Virus record (IMG/VR): IMGVR_UViG_3300010366_000004
Span: 1 to 46,021 of that record
Direction: 5' to 3' (one strand)
Source: a virus
Taxonomy: Duplodnaviria; Caudoviricetes
Length of the DNA stretch: 46,021 bases
Shown here: in pieces, positions 36,139-44,169 of the stretch
Numbering within the stretch: position 1 is the first letter of the stretch
Layout of the letters: every line of letters starts with the position of its first letter
The notes under the pieces: model-generated
Told to the model about the DNA's origin: nothing
What the model saw: the letters and a program-made list of their open reading frames with translations, nothing else
Database searches by the model: none
Program-made: the position numbers and the translations under genes

Positions 36139-36333
36139 TCACTGTCGCCCCCGCCGTCGCCGCCACAGCAGGGCCGCGCTGTTGCCCACCATGGCCCCGC
36201 CGACGAAGCTGGCCGACACCCACCACCACGACCCGACGAACAGCTCCCCGCCGAAGACCCCGAGCAGGCACAGGAGCACCCCGACGGACGCCAGCCACCA
36301 GGCCAGGGCAGGGTGGGCCAGGTGGAGGTTGAG
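36139..36333 (-). CDS. Two-TM membrane ORF lacking a clear start
   Basis: 64 GC3-rich codons in frame directly after the TGA of 36334-36663. Confidence 0.4.
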   Translation of the reverse strand, partial: LNLHLAHPALAWWLASVGVLLCLLGVFGGELFVGSWWWVSASFVGGAMVGNSAALLWRRRRGRQ

Positions 36334-36663
36334 TCACCGCTTCCACCACCGTCGCTCCCGCTTCACCCAATAGTGGTGACCCAGCTGAGCCTCGGCCTCG
36401 GTCCCGTAGCGCTCGATATATTCGTCATCCACCCCGCCGAAGATCATGGTCTCGAAGATCTTGGGGGCGGTCTCACCCAGGAAGGGCATGGAGTGGTCCA
36501 GGCCCAGCCAGACGGTCGACACATTGACCTGTCCGATTTGAGTAAATCCGATCCGTTTATAATCCCAGTCCTGCATCAGGACGCCCCACTCCATGAGGGT
36601 GAGAGGCTGGCCCTGACGATCCAGATAGCGGATCTCGGGCAGGTCAAAACCGCCGTTGAACAT
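36334..36663 (-). CDS. Conserved actinophage hypothetical protein (VSTVWLGLDH...FETMIF...RY.T..EA..GH)
   Basis: Recognisable motif pattern. Confidence 0.7.
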   Translation of the reverse strand: MFNGGFDLPEIRYLDRQGQPLTLMEWGVLMQDWDYKRIGFTQIGQVNVSTVWLGLDHSMPFLGETAPKIFETMIFGGVDDEYIERYGTEAEAQLGHHYWVKRERRWWKR

Positions 36664-36701
36664 GGTCTAAATCCAAAAGAAAAGGAAAGGGGTCTTCCCC
36701 C

Positions 36702-37379
36702 CTATTCACCTGCGGATACGTGTCCGATCACTTGCACCTGCCAGATGGCGTTGCCATTGGAGAGGTGCATCACCAGGCCGGCGTCGTCGGTCAGGGCCAG
36801 CACCTTCACCATCAGGCTCCCACCCAGGGCAGGGTGAGGCACGATCTGATCTAACAGGCTCGGCTGATGGACAGGAAGGTGCTGAGCGGCCCCCCTGCGG
36901 CCCATACGGGGCTCGCGGGGCAGATCCCGGGCGTCGGGTAGCCCGTTGGCTCCCTGGCGTTCCTGGCGGGCCGCCGAACGCTCAGCGTCGCGCTCCATTT
37001 GCTTACGGTGGTCATCCTTACGGAGACGGTTCCGCCTGGCGACGAAGGTCGCGTAAGCGGCCTCGTCGGCCTCGATCTCAGCGGTCACATCTCGCTGGCC
37101 GATCACCTGGTAGCTCAGCTCCGGCGGCCCCTGGTAGCCCTCCCGACGGGGTAGTTGAGTGCCCGCGATCTGATAGCCGGCCAGCTTCATATCCTGCACC
37201 AGCACGCTGATCAGTGACTTGGTGCGGCCCAGGTCTTGGGCGTCCTGCCCGGTAACTGACTCGCCATTTAATAACCGCTGGCCCAGGATGGCGCTGGCCG
37301 AGTCGGCCGTGGTGCGGTAGCTCTCGATCCGGTCGACCAGAGACTTCAGGCCTTTCCAGCCCTTCCCGTTAGCTGGCAC
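36702..37379 (-). CDS. Hypothetical protein, possible winged-HTH N-terminus
   Basis: GAGGAGG SD before GTG 37379. Confidence 0.55.
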   Translation of the reverse strand: MPANGKGWKGLKSLVDRIESYRTTADSASAILGQRLLNGESVTGQDAQDLGRTKSLISVLVQDMKLAGYQIAGTQLPRREGYQGPPELSYQVIGQRDVTAEIEADEAAYATFVARRNRLRKDDHRKQMERDAERSAARQERQGANGLPDARDLPREPRMGRRGAAQHLPVHQPSLLDQIVPHPALGGSLMVKVLALTDDAGLVMHLSNGNAIWQVQVIGHVSAGE

Positions 37380-37755
37380 GGCGCGGCCTCCTCGGGGCTC
37401 TGGTCTCCAGCGAAGCCAACATCGAAGCCTCGTTCTCGAAGATCGTGGCCCGATGCAGCATCTCGATCCGCACCGCGTGGGCGTTGACCGGGGCCTCCAG
37501 CCCCTCGAACAGATAGCCCTCGGAGTGGTGATAGCTGGCGCCGATACGGTCACCGTTCAACCCCCAACGGTCGACCCGGATGGTTTCGCACCGCTGGCAA
37601 CGCAGGTGTCGGACCACGTTGCCGGCGGCGCCCCGGAAGTATCCGAGGATTCTCCAGACGTGGCCCAGGTTTCTGCATTCCAGATAGGTCTCGTCGTATG
37701 ACTCCAGGGCGACCTCGACGCTGCCTATCGGGGTGATCTCTTTCCTACGTGCCAT
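37369..37755 (-). CDS. Zinc-binding hypothetical protein (CR..GH.W...RCQRC)
   Basis: GGGAGG SD; motif. Confidence 0.65.
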   Translation of the reverse strand: MARRKEITPIGSVEVALESYDETYLECRNLGHVWRILGYFRGAAGNVVRHLRCQRCETIRVDRWGLNGDRIGASYHHSEGYLFEGLEAPVNAHAVRIEMLHRATIFENEASMLASLETRAPRRPRRAS

Positions 37756-37962
37756 TGATCCCTCCCAAGATCAAGAAAGACAAGAGGTCTTCCTCCTTTC
37801 GCGCCGGTTGTGGGGTGTGATACACACGGGGAAGTTAGCATTAACAGTGGTTGAACTTGAGGAACGGCTGGATTTGAGGAGGATGAGTGTGGATGCCTAT
37901 CTTCTCGAACCACTGGGCGGGGCGGTCCGGGCGGATCTAAATGTGCGAGGAAAGGGACCAAC

Positions 37963-38172
37963 ATCAGTGCGCGTGACCCCCTCCGTCACCTGGAGAATCT
38001 TCAGGTGAGGTACCGCGCAGCCCAGGACCGGGCTGACGAGTACCGCATGGAAAGAAACCAGTTCATCAGGGAGCTGGTCCAGGCCAAGGCCTATTCGGCC
38101 GCAATCATCGGGAGAGCAGCGCAGATGACCAAGACGCGGGTCCGTCAGATCGCCCAGATGTTGGCGGATTGA
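37963..38172 (+). CDS. 69-aa HTH regulator with probable non-canonical ATC start
   Basis: AGGAAAGGGA SD then ATC; ERNQFIRELVQAKAYSAAIIGRAAQMTKTRVRQIA; TGATG overlap with the next gene. Confidence 0.55.
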   Translation: MSARDPLRHLENLQVRYRAAQDRADEYRMERNQFIRELVQAKAYSAAIIGRAAQMTKTRVRQIAQMLAD

Positions 38173-38495
38173 TGGCGGGCGACAGCTCGCGACCGGCCGG
38201 ATCCAATCGGGCGACGGCGCCGGCCGGTCGCGATACCACGCCGGACCACGATTCGTGGGTCCGGGGCTATGTGGCCGCCATGATCGGATGGAACATGGTC
38301 CCCGCCCCGGCCACCGGATTCGTCCACCTCGACGTGGACCAGATGATGAGGGAGGCGCGACGTCACGCCGAGAACGTCTGGATGGAGTACTACCCAGAGA
38401 CCATGCCCAGGCATACCAGTTGTGGGGCGTGCACCATGGCCCGCCAGGTGGGGCGACCTGGATGCCAGGTGCACTACCCCACCGAGTACGAGTGA
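38172..38495 (+). CDS. Hypothetical protein with C-terminal Cys/His cluster
   Basis: Coupled start; CGAC...CQVH. Confidence 0.5.
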   Translation: MAGDSSRPAGSNRATAPAGRDTTPDHDSWVRGYVAAMIGWNMVPAPATGFVHLDVDQMMREARRHAENVWMEYYPETMPRHTSCGACTMARQVGRPGCQVHYPTEYE

Positions 38496-38498
38496 TCG

Positions 38499-38742
38499 GT
38501 GGTGGCCTGTGATGCCAAGATCCGGCCCATGTACCCGGTGAACACCATGGAGGTGACTTGCAGCCTCGACGGTCCCCACACCGAGCACACCGGGATGGTA
38601 CGGGACTACGCCTACCCCGGATCGGAAACCCTGGTTTCGTGGGAGGAGGACGACCGTCGCACCTTCCGGGGGGAGTGGAGACGCTGTCCCCGGGGGTACG
38701 TGCATCCTGCCCGCCGGCCATTGGGGTCGTCACGCCGAATGA
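38499..38742 (+). pseudogene. Cys/His protein apparently interrupted by a +1 frameshift at CCCCGGGGG
   Basis: Removing one base gives ...RRCPGGTCILPAGHWGRHAE-stop, echoing the upstream CSLDGPHTEH motif. Confidence 0.45.
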
Positions 38743-38759
38743 GTCGTAGCCTCGTGGAC

Positions 38760-38939
38760 ATGCCCGCCACATCCAAAGCGCAGTACCGATTCATGCAGGC
38801 GGTGGCCCATGGAGGGATCCGCAAGCCCGGTCTGTCCAAGGACCAGGCCGAGGAATACGTGCATGGCCAGCGCTATCAATCCCTGCCCGCCCGGACCAAG
38901 AAGGCACCCACCCGCCACCGGTCCAGGCGGGCAGGATAG
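38760..38939 (+). CDS. Small basic protein (MPATSKAQYRFMQAVAH family), probably leaderless
   Basis: Common stand-alone phage motif; TAGCCT lies 7 nt before the ATG. Confidence 0.6.
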   Translation: MPATSKAQYRFMQAVAHGGIRKPGLSKDQAEEYVHGQRYQSLPARTKKAPTRHRSRRAG

Positions 38940-39008
38940 ACGTAGGGAGGTGAGGCACCGCGATCCCCAGCCGCGGTGCCCCTCCCTACACCAGTCCCGG
39001 GGAGCAGC

Positions 39009-39056
39009 CTCCACATGATCTCCACATGATCTCCATGGGGAAGATCGGGGTACTGT
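39009..39056 (+). promoter_or_regulatory. Tandem CTCCACATGAT repeats plus TACTGT -10 hexamer
   Basis: Two exact 11-mers plus a partial third upstream of the ParB-like gene. Confidence 0.4.
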
Positions 39057-39086
39057 TATGGTCAACACGTCGGGAGGAGAATCACC

Positions 39087-39932
39087 GTGACGGTCAAACA
39101 TGAGGTGGTCAACGCAACGGCCGACGACGCCCGTCGGTGGATCCGGTATATCCACGAGCAGCGGAGCCTCAGGCCCCAGTATGTCCACCTGTTGGCCCAG
39201 AGCATGATCCGGGGGGAATGGCGGCTCAGTAACGACTGCATCACCTTTGAGAGTGCCCCCGGTCGGACCGGGTGTCGGCTCTTGAACGGTCAGCACCGGG
39301 CGTACGCGGTGATCGAAGCCGATGAGACGGTCCCGGGCATCACCGTGCCTCTGGTGGTCGGCACCGGGTATGCCCCCGATAGCGGCTCGGTGCTCGACGT
39401 CGGCAAGATGCGAACCCTGGCCGACACCCTGGACTTCATCCATGGCACCGAGCAGCCCGGCCACCGCGACATCGCCGCCGCCACCCTTCACTGCTGGCAC
39501 CTCGACGCCGGCACCTGGAAGGACCGCCAGCCCACCCCGACCCGGATGCAGCTGGTCGACTTCCTCAAGAACGAACCAGGGATTCCCGAGTGCACCGTGA
39601 TCGGTCAGAAGATGCAGCGCGAGCTGAAGGGCGGGGTGGCCGGATACGCCGGGGCCATCTGGCTGATGCACAACGGCCACCACGTCGGCCGCATTGACGA
39701 CTTCGTCACCGCGGTGGCCTACGGGGAACAGCTCAGCCGCAACGATCCGGCCTACGTGTTGAACCGGGCCCTTCAGCGGGCCTTCTCCAATCGTCGGGCC
39801 GGTAACCCTGACCATCGGCGGGGCTGGTGGTACACGGCCATGATCGTGAAGGCCTGGAACAACCACATCGACGGCAAACGCCAGACGGAGCTGATCTTCA
39901 GCCGGGCCGACAACATGCCCACCGCCCAGTGA
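39087..39932 (+). CDS. ParB/Srx-like N-terminal domain protein
   Basis: QRSLR...V..LAQSM.RGEW.L..D.I.F...LLNGQHRAYAVI (DGQHR-like); extended RBS motif. Confidence 0.75.
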   Translation: MTVKHEVVNATADDARRWIRYIHEQRSLRPQYVHLLAQSMIRGEWRLSNDCITFESAPGRTGCRLLNGQHRAYAVIEADETVPGITVPLVVGTGYAPDSGSVLDVGKMRTLADTLDFIHGTEQPGHRDIAAATLHCWHLDAGTWKDRQPTPTRMQLVDFLKNEPGIPECTVIGQKMQRELKGGVAGYAGAIWLMHNGHHVGRIDDFVTAVAYGEQLSRNDPAYVLNRALQRAFSNRRAGNPDHRRGWWYTAMIVKAWNNHIDGKRQTELIFSRADNMPTAQ

Positions 39933-40172
39933 CCGATGAGGAACTACTGACCACGGCCCAGGCCGCGGAGCTAATCGGCGTGGGTGTCTCCACCGTCTGC
40001 CTGTGGGCCCGCAACGGCCGGCTGGAGTGGGCCGACCTCATCCGCCGGCACGCCGCGAATCCACGAGGGCTATCGATTCCGGCGGGCCGACGTGCTCGCC
40101 GCGAAGGCGGCCTACGTCAGGCCTCCTTCCTCGGTCGGCCGGGGCCTCGGCGCTTCTCGGCCCAGCGGGTGA
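39929..40172 (+). pseudogene. HTH_17/MerR-like protein with apparent +1 frameshift near 40066
   Basis: ELLTTAQAAELIGVGVSTVCLWARNGRL in one frame, GYRFRRADVLA wing in the +1 frame. Confidence 0.55.
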
Positions 40173-40317
40173 TGGTGGATCGCTTCCAGTAGGGGGTACG
40201 GCCCAGGTACCCATCCGGCCGGGGCATGGCGCCCCGGCTCAGATAGAGGGTGACCGTATCGGCCCGGCTCCAGCCCATCAGATCCGCGATGTCCTGGCGG
40301 GTGAGGTGGTCAGGCAT
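40117..40317 (-). CDS. AlpA-like HTH protein with C-terminal AT-hook (GRPRK)
   Basis: LTRQDIADLMGW...Y.SRG.MPRPD...GRTPYW...TI..W. Confidence 0.7.
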   Translation of the reverse strand: MPDHLTRQDIADLMGWSRADTVTLYLSRGAMPRPDGYLGRTPYWKRSTITRWAEKRRGPGRPRKEA

Positions 40318-40504
40318 CGGGCGCCCCTGCGTCCACCCACGCCTCAGCGTGCTTGAGCAGGTTCGCCGCGTCCCTCAGCTTGAGGCTGATTCGCCCTGAG
40401 CGGCCGTCGACCATGACGTCCTCGGGGTCGATGCTCAGTAACTCAGCGATGGCGTCAGCGACCGAATCGGGCCGCTCATGATCGGTGATCTCGCGCTCAG
40501 GCAT
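40310..40504 (-). CDS. Hypothetical early protein
   Basis: GGAG SD; coupled. Confidence 0.5.
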   Translation of the reverse strand: MPEREITDHERPDSVADAIAELLSIDPEDVMVDGRSGRISLKLRDAANLLKHAEAWVDAGAPDA

Positions 40505-40700
40505 GGTCGGCTCCAGAACTGTCGATCTGTGCTTCTCGCTGGGCGTGGAACATGCGAGCCTGTTCGCTATCGACGTGGCGACGGCAGAAGAAATCGCCCG
40601 CAACAGCAGGGCGCTCACATGGGCGAGAGGCTCTACGAGTGTCCGTTGAGAACTGGTCGATGACGTAATGGCACCGCGCATAATCGGCATTCTGCGTCAT
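40497..40700 (-). CDS. Early protein with C...C...CxxH motif
   Basis: AAAGGAGAATCATC directly before the ATG. Confidence 0.6.
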   Translation of the reverse strand: MTQNADYARCHYVIDQFSTDTRRASRPCERPAVAGDFFCRRHVDSEQARMFHAQREAQIDSSGADHA

Positions 40701-40921
40701 GATGATTCTCCTTTCAGTAGTGAGATAGGTGGGCAGGATGCCTGCCCGCTGGCGGGGTGGTACCAGTCCCCCTGGCCGTAGGTCAGGCGGATGATGGTCT
40801 GACAGTGAAGGCACCGGGCCCGTAGCGGGTAGTGCCGTTTGAAGGCCTGCCCGCAGGGGCGACCACCGATGTCGATGATCGTCCCCGGGGTGGGCTGAGC
40901 GAGAGGGTGGGTGTCAGGCAT
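40697..40921 (-). CDS. Early Cys-containing protein
   Basis: Coupled ORF; ARCLHC...WYH. Confidence 0.5.
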   Translation of the reverse strand: MPDTHPLAQPTPGTIIDIGGRPCGQAFKRHYPLRARCLHCQTIIRLTYGQGDWYHPASGQASCPPISLLKGESS

Positions 40922-41111
40922 CCGAGTCAACCGCCCGCTTGATAGCCGCGCCGGCCAGCTCGGTCCGACGATTGCCGGCCACGATGTCCTCGGGGTCGTA
41001 GTCGCCGCGGTTCAGGCCGCTGATGTACTCCCAATCCTCGATACCGCGGTCCACCAACTCGATGATGGCGTCCCACTCCTCACGGGTACCGGTCCAGGTG
41101 ACTGTAGGCAT
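40914..41111 (-). CDS. Acidic early protein, 65 aa
   Basis: Starts after repeat R1. Confidence 0.65.
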   Translation of the reverse strand: MPTVTWTGTREEWDAIIELVDRGIEDWEYISGLNRGDYDPEDIVAGNRRTELAGAAIKRAVDSDA

Positions 41112-41112
41112 G

Positions 41113-41180
41113 GGTGATTCTCCTTTCATTTGGTGCGCCAATCGCACCGCGCCAGCCTCATCGCTGAGGCTGACACGCTG
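41113..41180 (-). repeat. Double-hairpin/RBS cassette repeat R1
   Basis: CAGCGTGTCAGCCTCA-GCGA-TGAGGCTGGCGCGGTGCG-ATTGG-CGCACCA...AAGGAGAATCACC. Confidence 0.9.
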
Positions 41181-41345
41181 TTATCGGCGGTCTCGATAGC
41201 AATCCTCCAGGTGGGCTTTGACCTCGCGGCGTTTGAGCATCCGGCCGCACCGGTCGCACTTACTCCGGGTGTCGAAGACTCCAGCCACCCAGGCGAGGCC
41301 CAGGATGAGCAGGATCCAGACGATTTGGTCGGGGTGGATGTGCAT
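41181..41345 (-). CDS. 54-aa membrane protein with C2HC zinc finger
   Basis: Hand translation MHIHPDQIVWILLILGLAWVAGVFDTRSKCDRCGR...H...C; stop abuts R1. Confidence 0.6.
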   Translation of the reverse strand: MHIHPDQIVWILLILGLAWVAGVFDTRSKCDRCGRMLKRREVKAHLEDCYRDRR

Positions 41346-41815
41346 CACGAGATCTCTAGTTCTGCGGCCAGCTCGGTGACCACTTGCTCCAGGTAGCCCC
41401 CGTCCAGGCTGTCGATGCCACCCAGGCTGGCCACGTTGACGACGATGGGCCGATGGTAGGCATCCTCACCCTCCAGGATCTCCAGGGCCACGTAGTGGCT
41501 GCCGAAGCTGGCCAGTTCTCGGATGAAGTCGCGGAACCCAGCGAAGTGTTCACTGGTCCGCTTCACGTCCTTCGGTGGCTGCCACCAAATGACGTCGTTG
41601 TAGATGCTCAGCTTCTCAGCGTTACCGTCGAAGCCATCGGGTCGCTGACTACGTCCGGTCTCCCGGTTGCGTTCAGTGCTGGCGATGCGACCATAGAAGT
41701 CGGGGTTGTCCTCGAAAGGATTGACGTCGTCCGGTTCGATACGCAACCGCAGGACGCGACCATCCTCCAGGTCGAGAGTGTCCCAATCCATGGTCAAGGT
41801 TGACAGGTCATGCAT
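41345..41815 (-). CDS. Acidic early protein, 156 aa
   Basis: Starts after repeat R2. Confidence 0.7.
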   Translation of the reverse strand: MHDLSTLTMDWDTLDLEDGRVLRLRIEPDDVNPFEDNPDFYGRIASTERNRETGRSQRPDGFDGNAEKLSIYNDVIWWQPPKDVKRTSEHFAGFRDFIRELASFGSHYVALEILEGEDAYHRPIVVNVASLGGIDSLDGGYLEQVVTELAAELEIS

Positions 41816-41883
41816 GGTGATTCTCCTTACGTGGTGCGCCAATCGCACCGCACCCGCCTCACGTCACTGAGGCGGACACGCTG
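41816..41883 (-). repeat. Cassette repeat R2
   Basis: CAGCGTGTCCGCCTCA-GTGACG-TGAGGCGGGTGCGGTGCGATTGGCGCACCACGTAAGGAGAATCACC. Confidence 0.9.
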
Positions 41884-42084
41884 TTATTGGTCCTTCAGCA
41901 GTTTGAACGTCACGTCAGCGATGTGCCACTGTTCGGCCCAGCTGGCCAGAATATCGGCGTTGGATTGGACCAGTCGCGTCGCGGCTTTCAGGTTGACTAC
42001 GGTGCCATTGCTGATGGCCTCGCACTGCGCGGCCATGGCCCCAGCGTGCTCCCGTATCTGCGTCAACAGTTCCTCGTTCGTCAT
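41884..42084 (-). CDS. Early protein, 66 aa
   Basis: Exactly fills the R3-R2 interval. Confidence 0.7.
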   Translation of the reverse strand: MTNEELLTQIREHAGAMAAQCEAISNGTVVNLKAATRLVQSNADILASWAEQWHIADVTFKLLKDQ

Positions 42085-42086
42085 TT

Positions 42087-42155
42087 GGTGATTCTCCTTA
42101 CGTGGTGCGCCAATCGCACCGCGCCAGCCTCTCACGAGTAGAGGCTGACACGCTG
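42087..42155 (-). repeat. Cassette repeat R3
   Basis: CAGCGTGTCAGCCTCT-ACTCGTG-AGAGGCTGGCGCGGTGCGATTGGCGCACCACGTAAGGAGAATCACC. Confidence 0.9.
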
Positions 42156-42158
42156 AGA

Positions 42159-42731
42159 TCAGTCGCCATAGAACGACAGTTCCCCCATCCGGCAACGGGG
42201 GCAGGTGGAGTAGGTACGAAACTCCCCTTCGGTGAAGGTCTCATCCGTGCGGACGTGGCCAGGACTTCCAACCGTGCCGCGGCCACCGTTCTGCCAGATG
42301 TCAACGCCACCGTGCTGGAGTATCCACTCGGCATCACACCCGGGCATGTCACAGGACGCATACCCGGACGTGTAACCGTAGGCATCCGCGTCATCGTCCC
42401 CGGTGAAGTTGTAGGCGGTCCAGCTGCCGAAACCGTAGGCATCAGCGTTAGCAATGATGAGCAGGTCACCCCACTTCTCAGTGTGGGCCAGCACGATGCC
42501 GAGGTCACCGGATAGGAAGTTGTCATGATTGTAGGTGTTGACCACGAACACCTCTTCACCGTAAAGCCCGGTGGCCTTGATTCGGTTCAGCCAGTCGACC
42601 AGATCTAGGCCGTTGTCCAGAGCGTGCTCCATGGCCCGGTCCGCCTCGACGTTGACGCCATCGGTGCGGTCTTCCACCCACTCGTCACGATCACCGATGA
42701 GGTAATCGTGCTCTATGTGTAGATCAATCAT
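42159..42731 (-). CDS. Acidic early protein, 190 aa (NTYN motif, C-terminal CxxC)
   Basis: Exactly fills the R4-R3 interval. Confidence 0.7.
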   Translation of the reverse strand: MIDLHIEHDYLIGDRDEWVEDRTDGVNVEADRAMEHALDNGLDLVDWLNRIKATGLYGEEVFVVNTYNHDNFLSGDLGIVLAHTEKWGDLLIIANADAYGFGSWTAYNFTGDDDADAYGYTSGYASCDMPGCDAEWILQHGGVDIWQNGGRGTVGSPGHVRTDETFTEGEFRTYSTCPRCRMGELSFYGD

Positions 42732-42733
42732 TT

Positions 42734-42801
42734 GGTGATTCTCCTTTGGGATTGGTGCCAGATAGCACCGCACCCGCCTCATCACTGAGGCGGACACGCT
42801 G
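42734..42801 (-). repeat. Cassette repeat R4
   Basis: CAGCGTGTCCGCCTCA-GTGA-TGAGGCGGGTGCGGTGC-TATCTG-GCACCA...AAGGAGAATCACC. Confidence 0.9.
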
Positions 42802-42804
42802 TCA

Positions 42805-43728
42805 TCAGGCTGACTCCGGCTCCGGCTCAAAGACCGTGCCGCAGATCAGGTCAACCGCCTTTTGCGCTTGCGAGGCGGCTCGAATGATCACCTGGTTATC
42901 TTCCCGAAGCACCCCGATCCAGTGCGCCAGGTAGCTGGCTGAGGCGGGCAGGGTGGCGGCCTGGTCAATGCCCGCCACCGCGGACAGCATGGCGGCTCCC
43001 ATTTCGGCTACCAGTTCCTCGAAGGAGTAGGTCGGTCCCCCGAACCGATCAAACGTCCCCTTAGCGATACCCTCACGGGACAGGCGCTTGTCGGATCCGG
43101 TGGAATGGGTGGCCTCATGGTAGAGGGTGGGATAGAAGTGCTCGGCTGTCTCGAAGCAATCGCGGATGGGCATCCGGATCTCGTCCAGAGCCGGCACGTA
43201 GCAGGCTACGTCCCCTCCGTAGTTGACCTTCGGTCCGGTGGACAGGTAGTCGACCAGCAAGGCCTCAGCGTGGGCTATGGCCTCCACGGGAGGCAAGGGC
43301 TCCGGAGTAGCAGGCAACCGGGCATCCTCAGCCCAATCGGCCTGGTTCACGTTGAACACGTGGAAGAGACGCAGTAGCGGAATGGTCCGGGTCTTAGCCT
43401 TACCGTCGACCATTTCCTCCTTCCGGAGGATCTTCCAAAATACGACCTGGGTCGACCGTTCACCCTTACGGACCTGGCCACCGCGCTCCTGAATCTGACG
43501 GTAGGTCCCCCAATATTGGGATCCGTAGCCTTTGGCCGCGCCTTCCATCATCAGCATGAACACGTTCACACCGCGATAGGGGCGATTGGTGCTGAGGCTC
43601 ATAGGCAGCCCGGCTCCGGCGGTGGCCTTCCATGGTTTGTGCCACGGGACCGTGCCTGCTTCGAGTGCTTCGAGAACAGATTTCGTCGTTTCCGCCGCGG
43701 CATCGCGGACGGTCTTGGTGGATGGCAT
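42805..43728 (-). CDS. ardC: ArdC-family antirestriction protein (ssDNA-binding plus zincin-like domain)
   Basis: LEAGTVPWHKPW, YRGVN, WGTYRQ...GGQVRKGE, VFNVNQ, ACY.P..D.I.MP, TLYHEATHSTG..RL.R, Y.FEELVAEMGA. Confidence 0.93.
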   Translation of the reverse strand: MPSTKTVRDAAAETTKSVLEALEAGTVPWHKPWKATAGAGLPMSLSTNRPYRGVNVFMLMMEGAAKGYGSQYWGTYRQIQERGGQVRKGERSTQVVFWKILRKEEMVDGKAKTRTIPLLRLFHVFNVNQADWAEDARLPATPEPLPPVEAIAHAEALLVDYLSTGPKVNYGGDVACYVPALDEIRMPIRDCFETAEHFYPTLYHEATHSTGSDKRLSREGIAKGTFDRFGGPTYSFEELVAEMGAAMLSAVAGIDQAATLPASASYLAHWIGVLREDNQVIIRAASQAQKAVDLICGTVFEPEPESA

Positions 43729-43794
43729 GGTGATTCTCCTTTGGTGGTGCTGACTGCACCGCGCCAGCCTCCCGTTACGGAGGCTGACACGCTG
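43729..43794 (-). repeat. Cassette repeat R5
   Basis: CAGCGTGTCAGCCTCC-GTAACG-GGAGGCTGGCGCGGTGC-AGTCA-GCACCACCAAAGGAGAATCACC. Confidence 0.9.
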
Positions 43795-43797
43795 TCG

Positions 43798-43974
43798 TCA
43801 GCCCTGGCAGGTGACCAGGTCGGCACCGCAGAACATCAGCGGGCCGGTATCGCTGTCACAGTGCGCGTGGTCATGACCGTCGATCCAGCGCTGAGACTTG
43901 TAGTCGTAGTGGCAACCGCGGGTCATTTGCTCCCGGTCGGCACCGGTCGCGTTCTCGAAGGTGAGAATGTCCAT
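43798..43974 (-). CDS. 58-aa Cys/His early protein
   Basis: Hand translation MDILTFENATGADREQMTRGCHYDY...; stop 3 nt from R5. Confidence 0.55.
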   Translation of the reverse strand: MDILTFENATGADREQMTRGCHYDYKSQRWIDGHDHAHCDSDTGPLMFCGADLVTCQG

Positions 43975-43976
43975 GA

Positions 43977-44168
43977 TCAGTAGTTGACCGGTGAGACCTT
44001 GATCTCACCCGTGGTGTTCCCGTTGCTGTCCAGTAGCGGACGGGTGGACCCACACGCCATGTCAAGCGCGTTGCGCTTGACCTGGTCGAGAACGTAGGCC
44101 AGTTCACTGGCCGCATCCTCAAACCACGCGGCGTTATCGCAATCAATCGTGATTGTGAAGTCATGCAT
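43977..44168 (-). CDS. 63-aa early protein (F.I.I..DNAA...E.A.VL...D.NGN..G family)
   Basis: Starts after R6; motif common in phage early regions. Confidence 0.7.
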   Translation of the reverse strand: MHDFTITIDCDNAAWFEDAASELAYVLDQVKRNALDMACGSTRPLLDSNGNTTGEIKVSPVNY

Positions 44169-44169
44169 C

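Noticed and set aside
39087-39932. DndB/phosphorothioate or ParABS system
   Set aside because: Lone NGQHR ParB-like gene; no dnd genes or ParA
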